A DNA stretch of 64,000 bases from a virus: the IMG/VR virus record IMGVR_UViG_3300037423_000584; one strand, given 5' to 3'. The notes below the pieces were generated by a model. That model was not told where the DNA came from. It was given only the letters and a program-made list of their open reading frames with translations, and ran no database searches. Numbering within the stretch: the first letter of the stretch is position 1; every line of letters starts with the position of its first letter. Positions 9,616 through 18,497 of the stretch are shown here, piece after piece. A program made the position numbers and the translations under genes.

Positions 9616-10671
9616 ATGGCCGACGATACCGCAGAATTTTATAGTATATCAGCAGAACAGTTATTCGAAGAAACGGCAAAGAGAGATATCATTACATGTT
9701 CATTAGCAACAGACATAGCTCTTGGTGGTGGTATTCCTCTTGGTTGTACTGTTCTTATTGGTGGTAAAGCAAAGCTAGGTAAAACAACTATATCTTTGCA
9801 ATTTGGTGCAAATGCACAAAACAAGTATGGAAGTAAGATCTTCTATTTTAATATAGAAGGACGTCTAAGTAAGCTAGTTCTCAGTCAGATTCAGGGTATT
9901 AAGTTAGACAAAGATCATTTCGAGGTCGTAATGCCTCCGGTTATTACCGATAAGAAAGGTAATGTAATTGGATATAAAAAGGTAGGATCTAATTACTGGT
10001 GGGCAAAGATTGGTCAAGTTATATCAGAGAATCCTAAGTCTGTTGTTATTGTAGATTCAATTGCTGCTCTATCTTCCGAAAAGGAAGTTTCAGAAGGTAT
10101 GGGATATCAAGGTCGTGGCGATGGACAGAAGCTAGAAGCTCAGTTCTGTCGTAAGTATGGAGATATCATTGTACCAAATAGAGTAACAGTATTCCTACTA
10201 ACACATATTCAGGCAAATACATCTGGATATGGTCCTCCTGTACAGATTAAAGCAGGTAACGCTGTTAAACATACCGCAGATATTATTCTATTCGGTAAAA
10301 CCGCAGAGAAGTGGAAAGAACAAGATGGTCGTATCTTGGGACATGATATGATTTATAATGTAGAGTGTAGTGCTCTTGGTCCTCCTCATACAGAAATGAG
10401 AGTTCCTCTACGCTACGGAACAGGTATAGACGTTATTAAAGATATAATAACACAATGTATTAATTGGGAAATAATTAAAAAAGCAGGAGCTTGGTATACT
10501 ATTCCATTTACAGAAAAAGACGGAAAAATAGAATTTATAGAACAATCTGATGATAAAGAGATAAAATTACTTAAATTCCAAGGTGAAGATAATATTAGAA
10601 ATTGGTTATTAATAAGACCGAATGAAACAAAAATTTTAGAAGATATTATTAGAAAAAAGATATTTGGATAA
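9616..10671 (+). CDS. recA: RecA/UvsX-family recombinase
   Basis: DIALGGGIP, Walker A GKAKLGKTT, Walker B VIVDSIAAL, IKKAGAWY, KFQG. Confidence 0.93.
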   Translation: MADDTAEFYSISAEQLFEETAKRDIITCSLATDIALGGGIPLGCTVLIGGKAKLGKTTISLQFGANAQNKYGSKIFYFNIEGRLSKLVLSQIQGIKLDKDHFEVVMPPVITDKKGNVIGYKKVGSNYWWAKIGQVISENPKSVVIVDSIAALSSEKEVSEGMGYQGRGDGQKLEAQFCRKYGDIIVPNRVTVFLLTHIQANTSGYGPPVQIKAGNAVKHTADIILFGKTAEKWKEQDGRILGHDMIYNVECSALGPPHTEMRVPLRYGTGIDVIKDIITQCINWEIIKKAGAWYTIPFTEKDGKIEFIEQSDDKEIKLLKFQGEDNIRNWLLIRPNETKILEDIIRKKIFG

Positions 10672-10676
10672 TTTAG

Positions 10677-10724
10677 TTATCTCTATTTAGTTGTATTATA
10701 CAATACATAACTAAATGGAGATAA
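10677..10724 (+). promoter_or_regulatory. RBS-sequestering hairpin upstream of HNH endonuclease gene
   Basis: TTATCTC-TATTTAGTT-GTATT pairs with AATAC-AT-AACTAAATG-GAGATAA and buries GGAG (10717-10720). Confidence 0.75.
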
Positions 10725-10726
10725 TG

Positions 10727-11365
10727 ATGAAGAAAATATATACAAAAGAATTTTGGCAAAACAATCCAGAAATATTAGAAGACATAATTAAAACCTATCC
10801 TCATACTGGTGCAAGATATTTATCTAATAAATATAATATACCGATATTCACGATCAAAGGAATTGCATTAAAAAACAAATTGCAGGTGATTAAGAATTAC
10901 AAAGATAGGATATGCAATATTTGTTTTAAAGAAAAATGTATAGATGGCAGAAAATTATGTAAAAAATGTTATAACATAGAACATGTAAAATGGGAACAAA
11001 TAAAACTAGAAGAAAACCCAATAGAATATAGAATTTATAATATTTTTTATGCTATTAAAAAAAGAAAAGAAAAATATAAAGAAAAATTAGATTTTGATTG
11101 GAAATATTTATTAGAATTATATCATAAACAAAATGGAAAATGCTATTATACAAATAGAGATATGATAGCGACAAATAAGTTTTCTGCAAAAAAGCAATCT
11201 GATTCAATAAGTGTGGATAGAATAGATAGTACAAAAGGATATTCTAAAGATAATATAGTTCTATGTACTTGGTGGGCAAACGATGCAAAGTGTCGTCTTT
11301 GTGAAAAAGAATTTTATGAAAGATGCAAATCGATTTATGAAAAACTCAAACATAAATATAATTAG
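10727..11365 (+). CDS. Free-standing HNH-like homing endonuclease
   Basis: N-terminal HTH/zinc finger; C-terminal 'QNGKCYYT...SVDRIDSTKGYSKDNIVLCTWWAN' nuclease motif; start chosen by RBS spacing. Confidence 0.85.
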   Translation: MKKIYTKEFWQNNPEILEDIIKTYPHTGARYLSNKYNIPIFTIKGIALKNKLQVIKNYKDRICNICFKEKCIDGRKLCKKCYNIEHVKWEQIKLEENPIEYRIYNIFYAIKKRKEKYKEKLDFDWKYLLELYHKQNGKCYYTNRDMIATNKFSAKKQSDSISVDRIDSTKGYSKDNIVLCTWWANDAKCRLCEKEFYERCKSIYEKLKHKYN

Positions 11366-11380
11366 AAAGAAGGTCTTTGG

Positions 11381-11605
11381 ATGATATTAGTAAGTAAAAT
11401 TAATCAGGATATTTTGTCGGAAATGCAAGAACAACTATTAATGATCCATGATTCAATATATAATCTGTTACCAGAGCAGGGGGATATTACGCTAGATAAT
11501 CTAGCAGAGAAATTCATTATAGAGAAGCAAGATAATACTTTGTCTGATCTATTTGTTGATCTTGGTATCCTTAATTCCGCTGGATTGGTAAATATTGCTG
11601 TATGA
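11381..11605 (+). CDS. Hypothetical protein
   Basis: AGAAGG RBS, ATGA overlap with the next gene. Confidence 0.55.
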   Translation: MILVSKINQDILSEMQEQLLMIHDSIYNLLPEQGDITLDNLAEKFIIEKQDNTLSDLFVDLGILNSAGLVNIAV

Positions 11606-11988
11606 AAATGTTTAATATTTTTGGCGATTTAGTAAACGCCGATGTAAGAGAATCTACTTATCCTCTTAAAGCTAGAAGTAAATCGATTTTACAACAAAAA
11701 GTAAAAGAACGGTTAATTGAAAAATTTCCAAGGGAACAAATCTTAGAAGAATTTATTTTACCTGGATCAAGACTTAGTTTAGATCTCATAATAATAAAAC
11801 TTAGAAAAGCTTTTGAAATCGATGGAGATCAACATCTACATCATAATTATTTTTTTCATGGCGACAGAAATTCTGGAAAATTTGCAAAACAAATTTCTAA
11901 CGATAGAAAAAAAGACGAGTGGTGTGAAATGAATGGAATAGAATTAATAAGAATTTATTCAGAAGAAGATATGGAAAATAAAATCTAA
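11602..11988 (+). CDS. Vsr/DUF559-like PD-(D/E)XK endonuclease
   Basis: 'LSLDL...AFEIDGDQH...FFH...DRKKDEWCEMNGIELIRI'. Confidence 0.8.
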   Translation: MKMFNIFGDLVNADVRESTYPLKARSKSILQQKVKERLIEKFPREQILEEFILPGSRLSLDLIIIKLRKAFEIDGDQHLHHNYFFHGDRNSGKFAKQISNDRKKDEWCEMNGIELIRIYSEEDMENKI

Positions 11989-11997
11989 AATTAATAT

Positions 11998-12041
11998 AAA
12001 TCTTCTATATTATATTATACGATAATGTAATTAGGAGATTT
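11998..12041 (+). promoter_or_regulatory. RBS-sequestering hairpin upstream of the second HNH-like gene
   Basis: AAATCTTCTA/TAGGAGATTT outer stem plus TTATATTAT/ATAATGTAA inner stem bury AGGAG. Confidence 0.75.
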
Positions 12042-12042
12042 T

Positions 12043-12708
12043 ATGCCAAAAAAGATAAATGACGATTTGATTAAAAAAATAATAGAATTAATTCCATACA
12101 AAATTTTCGTAGAAATAGAAAAAGAACTTTGTGTATCTGATTCAGTGATATCTAATATTGCCAAAAAGAATAATATTGTTCCACGAAAAAATTATAAAAT
12201 ATCTAAAGATAAAGAAATTTATATTTTAGAAAACGTTAATAAAAAATCAATAACTGAGATCGCTAAGGACATTGGAGTAAGTAAATCTTGTGTAAGAAAT
12301 TTTTTAGTTAGTAAAGTTATAAAAATAGTTCATTCATATAGATGATTCTTCGCACGAATAAAAACATGTTTAAAATCTGCAAAGAATCGGAGTAAAAGCA
12401 AAAATATACCATTTGATTTAGATATAGAATTCCTTTTATCTTTATGGGAAAAACAAAATGGAAAATGTTTCTATTCAGGAATAGATTTAGGAACATATGA
12501 GTATGGAATCAAATATAATAATAAAAGAAACAGAAATTCTTTATCTATAGATAGAATTGATCCATCTAAAGGATATGAAAAAGATAATGTAGTTTTATGT
12601 TCTCTATGGGCCAATACTGCAAAATCTATTTTATCTCCGGAAGATTTTATACAAATGTGTGAAACAGTTGTAGAATATAATAAAACTAAGGTACAAAATG
12701 CCCGATGA
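12043..12708 (+). pseudogene. HTH plus HNH-like endonuclease interrupted by one in-frame TGA (12343-12345)
   Basis: The same frame continues past TGA: FFARIKTCLKSAKNRS...QNGKCFYSG...SLSIDRIDPSKGYEKDNVVLCSLWAN; paralog of 10727-11365. Confidence 0.8.
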
Positions 12709-13207
12709 TATTAAAGATAAATTCAAAGAGCAGTTAGACGAAATAGAAAAGGCATTAGATAAGTTTGAAGAAGAGGCTGGTTTGCCAAAACTGCAAAAAG
12801 TTGAGGCACCAGCCTATCTTACAATGAATCTTGCTGATCTAAGAAAGAAAACCCCAGAAGAACTAAGTGAAGCAGTATTTGTTATAAATCAATATTCCCT
12901 TTATATAACACGATTAATTAACAAGAATCGTGCTTGGGAAAAATGGGGCCGATCAAGAATAGATGAAATATCAGCTATGTTTCTTGAACAAACAGATCCT
13001 TCTTATGGTCCTTATGCTAGATTGCATGTGGCTAAGAACAAGCCTGATCTTTGTAAGAAACTAAATGCCTTCATTAGAAAGGTTAGTATGGAGGCAGAAA
13101 GATTGGCAGATATACCTAATCAATTAAGATTTATGGCTGATAGTATAAGAGATATGAAATTCTCTGCAATTCGGAAAGAGAAAAATTATGGCAAAACAGA
13201 AGAATAA
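12698..13207 (+). CDS. Hypothetical helical protein (possible UvsY-like recombination mediator)
   Basis: Coiled-coil-like composition; located between recA and dnaB; function inferred from context only. Confidence 0.4.
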   Translation: MPDDIKDKFKEQLDEIEKALDKFEEEAGLPKLQKVEAPAYLTMNLADLRKKTPEELSEAVFVINQYSLYITRLINKNRAWEKWGRSRIDEISAMFLEQTDPSYGPYARLHVAKNKPDLCKKLNAFIRKVSMEAERLADIPNQLRFMADSIRDMKFSAIRKEKNYGKTEE

Positions 13208-13688
13208 CGAAGATAAGATTATAGCAGAAGCATTTATAAGTATTAGGACTGCTATTCTAGAAGGTAATTGGCAATTGGTTTGTGATGCTTATGAGTCTAT
13301 ATCTGGTGAGAAGCTAGATCCTCCAGAGGAAGAAAAGTCTAGGCTTGATAATATCAGAGATCTAATGCAAGCACAAGAGGATAAGCCAAAGCCGGGTCGA
13401 AAGCCAAAAAAAGAGAAGCCAGAAGTAGTCATAGCAACAGAAAAAGAAGCAACCGAAGAAGTAGCAATATCTTCTGGCGAGCTTGTAGAACAAAAGATTA
13501 AGAATGGCATGACTGTTATAACTACTGAATTTGATGAACAAGAAGCTAGTCTTAATAAAGTAGTTGCTGCCAAGAAATCAAAATTGCCCACTGTAAAAAG
13601 ATCATCACAAATTATAGATAATTCAGATGACGAAAATGCAGATTCACGATTTCATTCGAAACCCAAAATAGCACCACCTTGGAGATAA
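13188..13688 (+). CDS. Hypothetical protein
   Basis: Charged low-complexity ORF in the operon. Confidence 0.6.
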   Translation: MAKQKNNEDKIIAEAFISIRTAILEGNWQLVCDAYESISGEKLDPPEEEKSRLDNIRDLMQAQEDKPKPGRKPKKEKPEVVIATEKEATEEVAISSGELVEQKIKNGMTVITTEFDEQEASLNKVVAAKKSKLPTVKRSSQIIDNSDDENADSRFHSKPKIAPPWR

Positions 13689-13700
13689 TAGAGACAGGAT

Positions 13701-15203
13701 ATGAAGGAATTAAAACAACTTAGAGATGCTGGTTCAGAACGTGCATTACTTGCTACAATTGTAAGAAATGGCAAGAATGCATTAATAGATGCAGATGGCA
13801 TTATAGATGCTACAGATTTTTCCCTTCCTATAAATAGAGCAATTTATTCTGCACTAATTCATTTAGCAGAAGATCCAAATTGCGAACGATTTGACATAGA
13901 ATCTATTAAGATGAAGATCAAGAACCTTGGTTTTGGAGATGTTATTTCCTCAACCAAGGAACTTGAATATTTAGATCTTTTAGACTCTGTTAGCGTAGAT
14001 GCAAGCAATATTCCAATGTTTGCTATACAAATTAAGAAGTATTCTATAGTTAGAGATCTATATAGACGTTATACCGATGCTGCTAATTATCTACAGAACA
14101 TATCTGGAAATGAAACTCTTTCAGATATTATTAAAGAAGCAGAAGGAAAGATTATAGATTTTGTTACTGGAATCGAAGGTTCCGGTGCTTTGCAACAGCT
14201 TACAGGAGATTTGCTATCATACATCGATCACGTAATCCAATCGGAAGAAGTAGATCAGGTTGGTCTTCCAACAGGATTTCCAATTTACGACGAAGCAATT
14301 GGTGGTGGGCCACGCAGAGGCACCGTAACAATGAAGGGTGCAAGACCAAAGACGGGAAAAAGTTTCGATGCTCTGAACACGGGATTGAATGTTGCGAAGA
14401 AAAAGATTCCAGTCCTTTATTTGGATACAGAGCTAACCGCAAGTTATCAGAAGAACAGAATGGTTTGCATTAATTCTGGTTGTCCTATTTGGAAGTTTGA
14501 GACTGGTAAGTTTAAGCACGAGAAGGACTTAGTAAAGAAAGTAATAGATGCTGGCAAAGAACTTGAGAATACTCCATTCTATTATGAATCTATTTCTGGA
14601 ATGAGTCATACAGAAGCTTTAGCTCTTGTAAGACGTTGGTTAGTAAAACACGTAGGATTTAATTCCGAAGGTAAAGCAAACGATTGTTTAATCATCTATG
14701 ATTACATGAAGCTAACCAGCGGAGCAAGTCTTACAAAAGTAACACCCGAATACATCGTACTAGGTTTGATGTTGACCGAAATGCATAATTTCGCTGTTAA
14801 ATACGATGTTCCTATTCTTGGATATGTTCAGTTGAATAGAGATGGAATCGATGCAGAAGATACAAGCGTTATCGCTGGATCTGACAGAATTTTATGGCTC
14901 TGTTCTTCAATGAGTATCTTTAAGAATAAAGATGAAACCGATGTTGATCTTGGATGTGGATGGGATAAAGGTAATAAAAAGCTTCTTGTGCTAGAAACCA
15001 GACATGGTAGTGGATTAGATGGTCATAATAATTACATCAATCTTCATGCATCGCTCAAACCCATGGTAGCCAGAGAAGAAGCATGTGGATTGATTAGAGA
15101 AGGTTTTACATATAGTCAAGTAGCGGTTAAGAACAATGTTAGCAACAACCAGCAAAAGAATCAGCCAAGAAACCCTGAATCAAATAACGGAAGCAGCCAA
15201 TGA
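13701..15203 (+). CDS. dnaB: Replicative DNA helicase
   Basis: N-terminal 'SERALLA..', Walker A GARPKTGKS, IIYDYMKL, VQLNR, IAGSDRI, ETRHG. Confidence 0.93.
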   Translation: MKELKQLRDAGSERALLATIVRNGKNALIDADGIIDATDFSLPINRAIYSALIHLAEDPNCERFDIESIKMKIKNLGFGDVISSTKELEYLDLLDSVSVDASNIPMFAIQIKKYSIVRDLYRRYTDAANYLQNISGNETLSDIIKEAEGKIIDFVTGIEGSGALQQLTGDLLSYIDHVIQSEEVDQVGLPTGFPIYDEAIGGGPRRGTVTMKGARPKTGKSFDALNTGLNVAKKKIPVLYLDTELTASYQKNRMVCINSGCPIWKFETGKFKHEKDLVKKVIDAGKELENTPFYYESISGMSHTEALALVRRWLVKHVGFNSEGKANDCLIIYDYMKLTSGASLTKVTPEYIVLGLMLTEMHNFAVKYDVPILGYVQLNRDGIDAEDTSVIAGSDRILWLCSSMSIFKNKDETDVDLGCGWDKGNKKLLVLETRHGSGLDGHNNYINLHASLKPMVAREEACGLIREGFTYSQVAVKNNVSNNQQKNQPRNPESNNGSSQ

Positions 15204-16287
15204 ACGTATTGAATTTATTTTAGAACAACTTGGATTTGATGTAAATAGTTTTTATGGATCAGGTGGTGAACTTAGGTGTCGCTGCCTTATTCATTCTGGT
15301 GATAATAATACAGCATTCTCATACAGTACAGTATTTAAAAAGTGGCGTTGTTACACAAACTCATGTCATGATGGATGTGATAACATATTTGGTCTAGTAC
15401 AAAAAGCTCTGTCATTACAAAATGATAAAGAAATAGGTTTTCGTGATGCTGTATCATGGCTGGCAAAGATACTTGAGATTAAAATTGATCTAAATAGTAA
15501 TATAGAGATATCAGAAGATACTAAAGAAATTAGTAAATTAGTATCTTATTCTAAATATAAGACAAAACAAGTAAATAAACAAAACACAGAATTCAAGCAA
15601 TTTCCTCTATCTGCAATAAAAGATAAAGTAGAACCAAGTTGGTATTTTATAAATCAAGGATTTTCACCAGAAATTCTTAAGAAATACTGTGTCGGATACT
15701 GTGAAGATCCATATAAACCAATGAATCTTAGATCATATGCACCGGTTCTAGACGATACTGGCACAATGGTTATAGGAGTTACTGGTAGAATTAAATTTGA
15801 AAAATGTGAATTATGTGGAGATTTCCATAATCCAGATGATCTATGTCCTTCTGATGATAGAATGACACGTTCTTATTCCAAATGGATGCATTATGGATTT
15901 AGCAAAAGTACAGTATTGTATAACAGTTGGTTTGCAGAAGAGCATATTAAAAGAACAAAAGTAGCCATATTAACAGAAGGTCCAAAAGAAATATGGTGGC
16001 TAGAGCAATATGGAGTACATAACGCGGTATGTATATTTGGATTAAGCTTTTCAAACATCCATTTGAAAAAGTTAATCAAAATGGGAGTAACTACTATTGT
16101 TGTCGCACTAGATAATGATGAAAAGGGACTTAAAGCCATAGACGATATATACGATAATTTTGGTAACTATTTCAAAATAGTAAATATCAAAAATATCTTA
16201 GGACCGGATCAAGATATTGATGATCTAAAAGAAGATGAGATGAATAATAAATTAATACCATTTTTAAAATCATTGGAGAAGAATTAA
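15136..16287 (+). CDS. dnaG: DNA primase
   Basis: CHC2 zinc finger (CLIHSGDN...WRCYTNSC), TOPRIM motifs 'LTEGPKE' and 'ALDNDEKG'. Confidence 0.9.
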   Translation: MLATTSKRISQETLNQITEAANERIEFILEQLGFDVNSFYGSGGELRCRCLIHSGDNNTAFSYSTVFKKWRCYTNSCHDGCDNIFGLVQKALSLQNDKEIGFRDAVSWLAKILEIKIDLNSNIEISEDTKEISKLVSYSKYKTKQVNKQNTEFKQFPLSAIKDKVEPSWYFINQGFSPEILKKYCVGYCEDPYKPMNLRSYAPVLDDTGTMVIGVTGRIKFEKCELCGDFHNPDDLCPSDDRMTRSYSKWMHYGFSKSTVLYNSWFAEEHIKRTKVAILTEGPKEIWWLEQYGVHNAVCIFGLSFSNIHLKKLIKMGVTTIVVALDNDEKGLKAIDDIYDNFGNYFKIVNIKNILGPDQDIDDLKEDEMNNKLIPFLKSLEKN

Positions 16288-17075
16288 TGGATAAATTGAC
16301 AATAGTCCTTTCTGGAAAAAAGGGATCAGGAAAATCAAGTGCTGGCAAAATGATATTTTGTGAATATGCCAATACTCTTATAGGTAAAAATAGATTTTAT
16401 GTAGATAATATTGGTGAAGAAGTATTTGTCTTTGATTCTTTTAATAATAATAAAGTATTAAATACTGATTATCCAGATGAATATACAAAGAACATATTTG
16501 ATACATTATCTGTAAAACTTTATAGCTTCGCAGATCCTCTAAAGAGGCTGTGTATTGATGTTCTTGGATTAGATCCTATTCAGTGTTATGGATCTGATAA
16601 TGACAAGAATTCCAACACACATCTTCTTTGGGATAATCTTCCAAAGGATATAAAGAAGAAATATAGTCGAGTAAGACGTGGTAATGGCGGTTATAAGCCT
16701 GCAAGTGGTAATATGACAGCACGGGAAGTAATGCAAATAGTCGGCACAGATGTTTGCAGAGCTATGGATGAAAATTGTTGGGCAAGAGGATTATATTCTA
16801 CTATTAAGAATGATGGATATAGACTTGCTATAGTTACCGATGGACGGTTTCCAAATGAAATAACACTTGGAACAGAAATTGGTGCAAAGGCTATTAGACT
16901 AACAAGAAAAGTATTTGAGGACGAACATCCATCTGAAAAAGCTTTAGACAACTTCCCACTTGGAGAATTTAGTTTCGTTGTTCATAATCAAGATCTTACT
17001 ATGCCAGAAACACATAATATTTTGCTAGGCAAAGTTAGAGAATGGTTTGGTAATTATAATATTTTTAATAGGTAA
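16287..17075 (+). CDS. Deoxynucleoside monophosphate kinase
   Basis: SGKKGSGKS, SFADPLK, AREVMQIVGTD, DGRFPNE, HPSE (T4 gp1-like). Confidence 0.88.
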   Translation: MDKLTIVLSGKKGSGKSSAGKMIFCEYANTLIGKNRFYVDNIGEEVFVFDSFNNNKVLNTDYPDEYTKNIFDTLSVKLYSFADPLKRLCIDVLGLDPIQCYGSDNDKNSNTHLLWDNLPKDIKKKYSRVRRGNGGYKPASGNMTAREVMQIVGTDVCRAMDENCWARGLYSTIKNDGYRLAIVTDGRFPNEITLGTEIGAKAIRLTRKVFEDEHPSEKALDNFPLGEFSFVVHNQDLTMPETHNILLGKVREWFGNYNIFNR

Positions 17076-17080
17076 TAAAA

Positions 17081-17977
17081 TTGGAAATAGAAACAATTAA
17101 TTCATCGTCGTACAATTTGTACGACTGGTGCGAGTTCAAATTCTTCTTGCAAAACATATTAGGTTTTGAAGATGAAGCTGGACCGGCCGCTGTACTGGGT
17201 CATATATTTCATAAAGTATGTGAAATATTGACCAGAGCATCGGTTTTGAAACACGATAAGAATAGTAAGATATGGGACCATAATTATTTATGGAAGATAT
17301 CTTATAATCACTACGCTAATGAAAAGCCACACCTTATTGGAAAGATTCAGCCTGCAAAACTAAAGAGGGTTAAAAAAGCACTAGATGAACTAATCGTCAG
17401 TGCTTATAGCCCAATAAGAGACAATAGTATCAATTCTGAAATAAAGTTTAGAAACTTAGAAATAAAAGATCCTGCATTTGCAATCAAACGAAGAGAAGAT
17501 GGTACTATAAAGTATTATAGTTTATTCGGAACAATAGATAGAATTGATAAGATTAACGAAGATACTATTGAAATTGTAGATTACAAGACAGGAAGTAGTT
17601 CATTCAACTCTAAAGATGGATCAAAGAAAACCCCATCTAAGCTTCACGAAGACATACAACCTTCTATATATTTCTTAGCTGCTAGAGAACTGTTTCCTTG
17701 GGCTAAGAACTTTATAATTACATTTATCTATATAGTAGATGGTGGACCAATTAGCGTTCCATTCTGCGAAGATGATGTAGAACATATAAAAGACAAGCTT
17801 AGGAAACGATATAAGACTATCAAAGCAAACGAAGATCCTCAGAGGGATCGAAGCTGGAAGTGCAAGGTTCTTTGTAATCTTGGCAAAAGCGGTGTTTGTG
17901 ATGATGTTTGGCGTGAAAAGAATGAAAACGGTTATCAGTTTACAATAAATAAATATAAGATATTACATGGTAAATAG
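17081..17977 (+). CDS. PD-(D/E)XK exonuclease, AddB/Cas4-like with probable Fe-S cysteines
   Basis: N-terminal SSS...C, 'GTIDRID', 'IVDYKTG', Q..Y, C-terminal CKVLC...C. Confidence 0.85.
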   Translation: MEIETINSSSYNLYDWCEFKFFLQNILGFEDEAGPAAVLGHIFHKVCEILTRASVLKHDKNSKIWDHNYLWKISYNHYANEKPHLIGKIQPAKLKRVKKALDELIVSAYSPIRDNSINSEIKFRNLEIKDPAFAIKRREDGTIKYYSLFGTIDRIDKINEDTIEIVDYKTGSSSFNSKDGSKKTPSKLHEDIQPSIYFLAARELFPWAKNFIITFIYIVDGGPISVPFCEDDVEHIKDKLRKRYKTIKANEDPQRDRSWKCKVLCNLGKSGVCDDVWREKNENGYQFTINKYKILHGK

Positions 17978-17979
17978 TT

Positions 17980-18192
17980 ATGGAAGAACAATTTGTTCAG
18001 AATTTAGATGCTTTAAAAATCAAAAGTACATTAGAAGCTATGCCAGTTTGGAACACAATTGATACTAAAGTAGATCTAGAAGGCGAAAGTATTATATTTA
18101 CTAGAGGAAATGTAAAGATTGTTTTGTCTTGGATAGAAGTTATATCTATTGGTGCTAAGAGTATATATAAAATGTTAATTCAACTCGATTAA
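17980..18192 (+). CDS. Hypothetical protein
   Basis: Operon packing. Confidence 0.5.
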   Translation: MEEQFVQNLDALKIKSTLEAMPVWNTIDTKVDLEGESIIFTRGNVKIVLSWIEVISIGAKSIYKMLIQLD

Positions 18193-18196
18193 TTTT

Positions 18197-18445
18197 ATGC
18201 TGGATTTATATAAAATCTTCGAAGAAGTTGGATGTAAAATAATATCTACTAATCCAAAACCCAAAACATCTATAGATTTTATATGCAGATGTGGCAAAAA
18301 TGGGAAAATATATTACAAATATAATACAAAAATAATAGAATGTAATACATGCAGAAGCACGAGGGCTAGAAAAAATGATAAATACAATAAAAAGGAATTT
18401 GAACAATGGTTAATTCAACAGAACGTAAAGTTCAGGAAGGAGTAA
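18197..18445 (+). CDS. Small zinc-ribbon protein resembling the N-terminal module of phage homing endonucleases
   Basis: 'GCKIIS...IDFICRCG...ECNTC' repeat-type module; no nuclease domain follows. Confidence 0.5.
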   Translation: MLDLYKIFEEVGCKIISTNPKPKTSIDFICRCGKNGKIYYKYNTKIIECNTCRSTRARKNDKYNKKEFEQWLIQQNVKFRKE

Positions 18446-18497
18446 ACAAGGCAGTGGACAATAATTATATTATTTTCCACTGTCATTAGTTTACTCT
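18439..18497 (+). promoter_or_regulatory. Long hairpin covering the dnaE RBS, GTG start and the 8-nt coding gap
   Basis: GAGTAAAC/GTTTACTC, GGCAGTGGA/TCCACTGTC and AATAAT/ATTATT stems. Confidence 0.75.

Noticed and set aside
17081-17977. CRISPR-Cas locus suggested by the Cas4-like nuclease
   Set aside because: No repeat-spacer array or other cas genes are visible. Solo Cas4/AddB-like nucleases are common in phage replication modules.
18487-18494. Group I intron or bulge-helix-bulge intron explaining the dnaE gap
   Set aside because: Eight nt is far too short for a ribozyme, no register ends in the required terminal G, and both cut sites would lie on one strand of the stem, unlike BHB geometry. 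Another form of RNA excision is not excluded.
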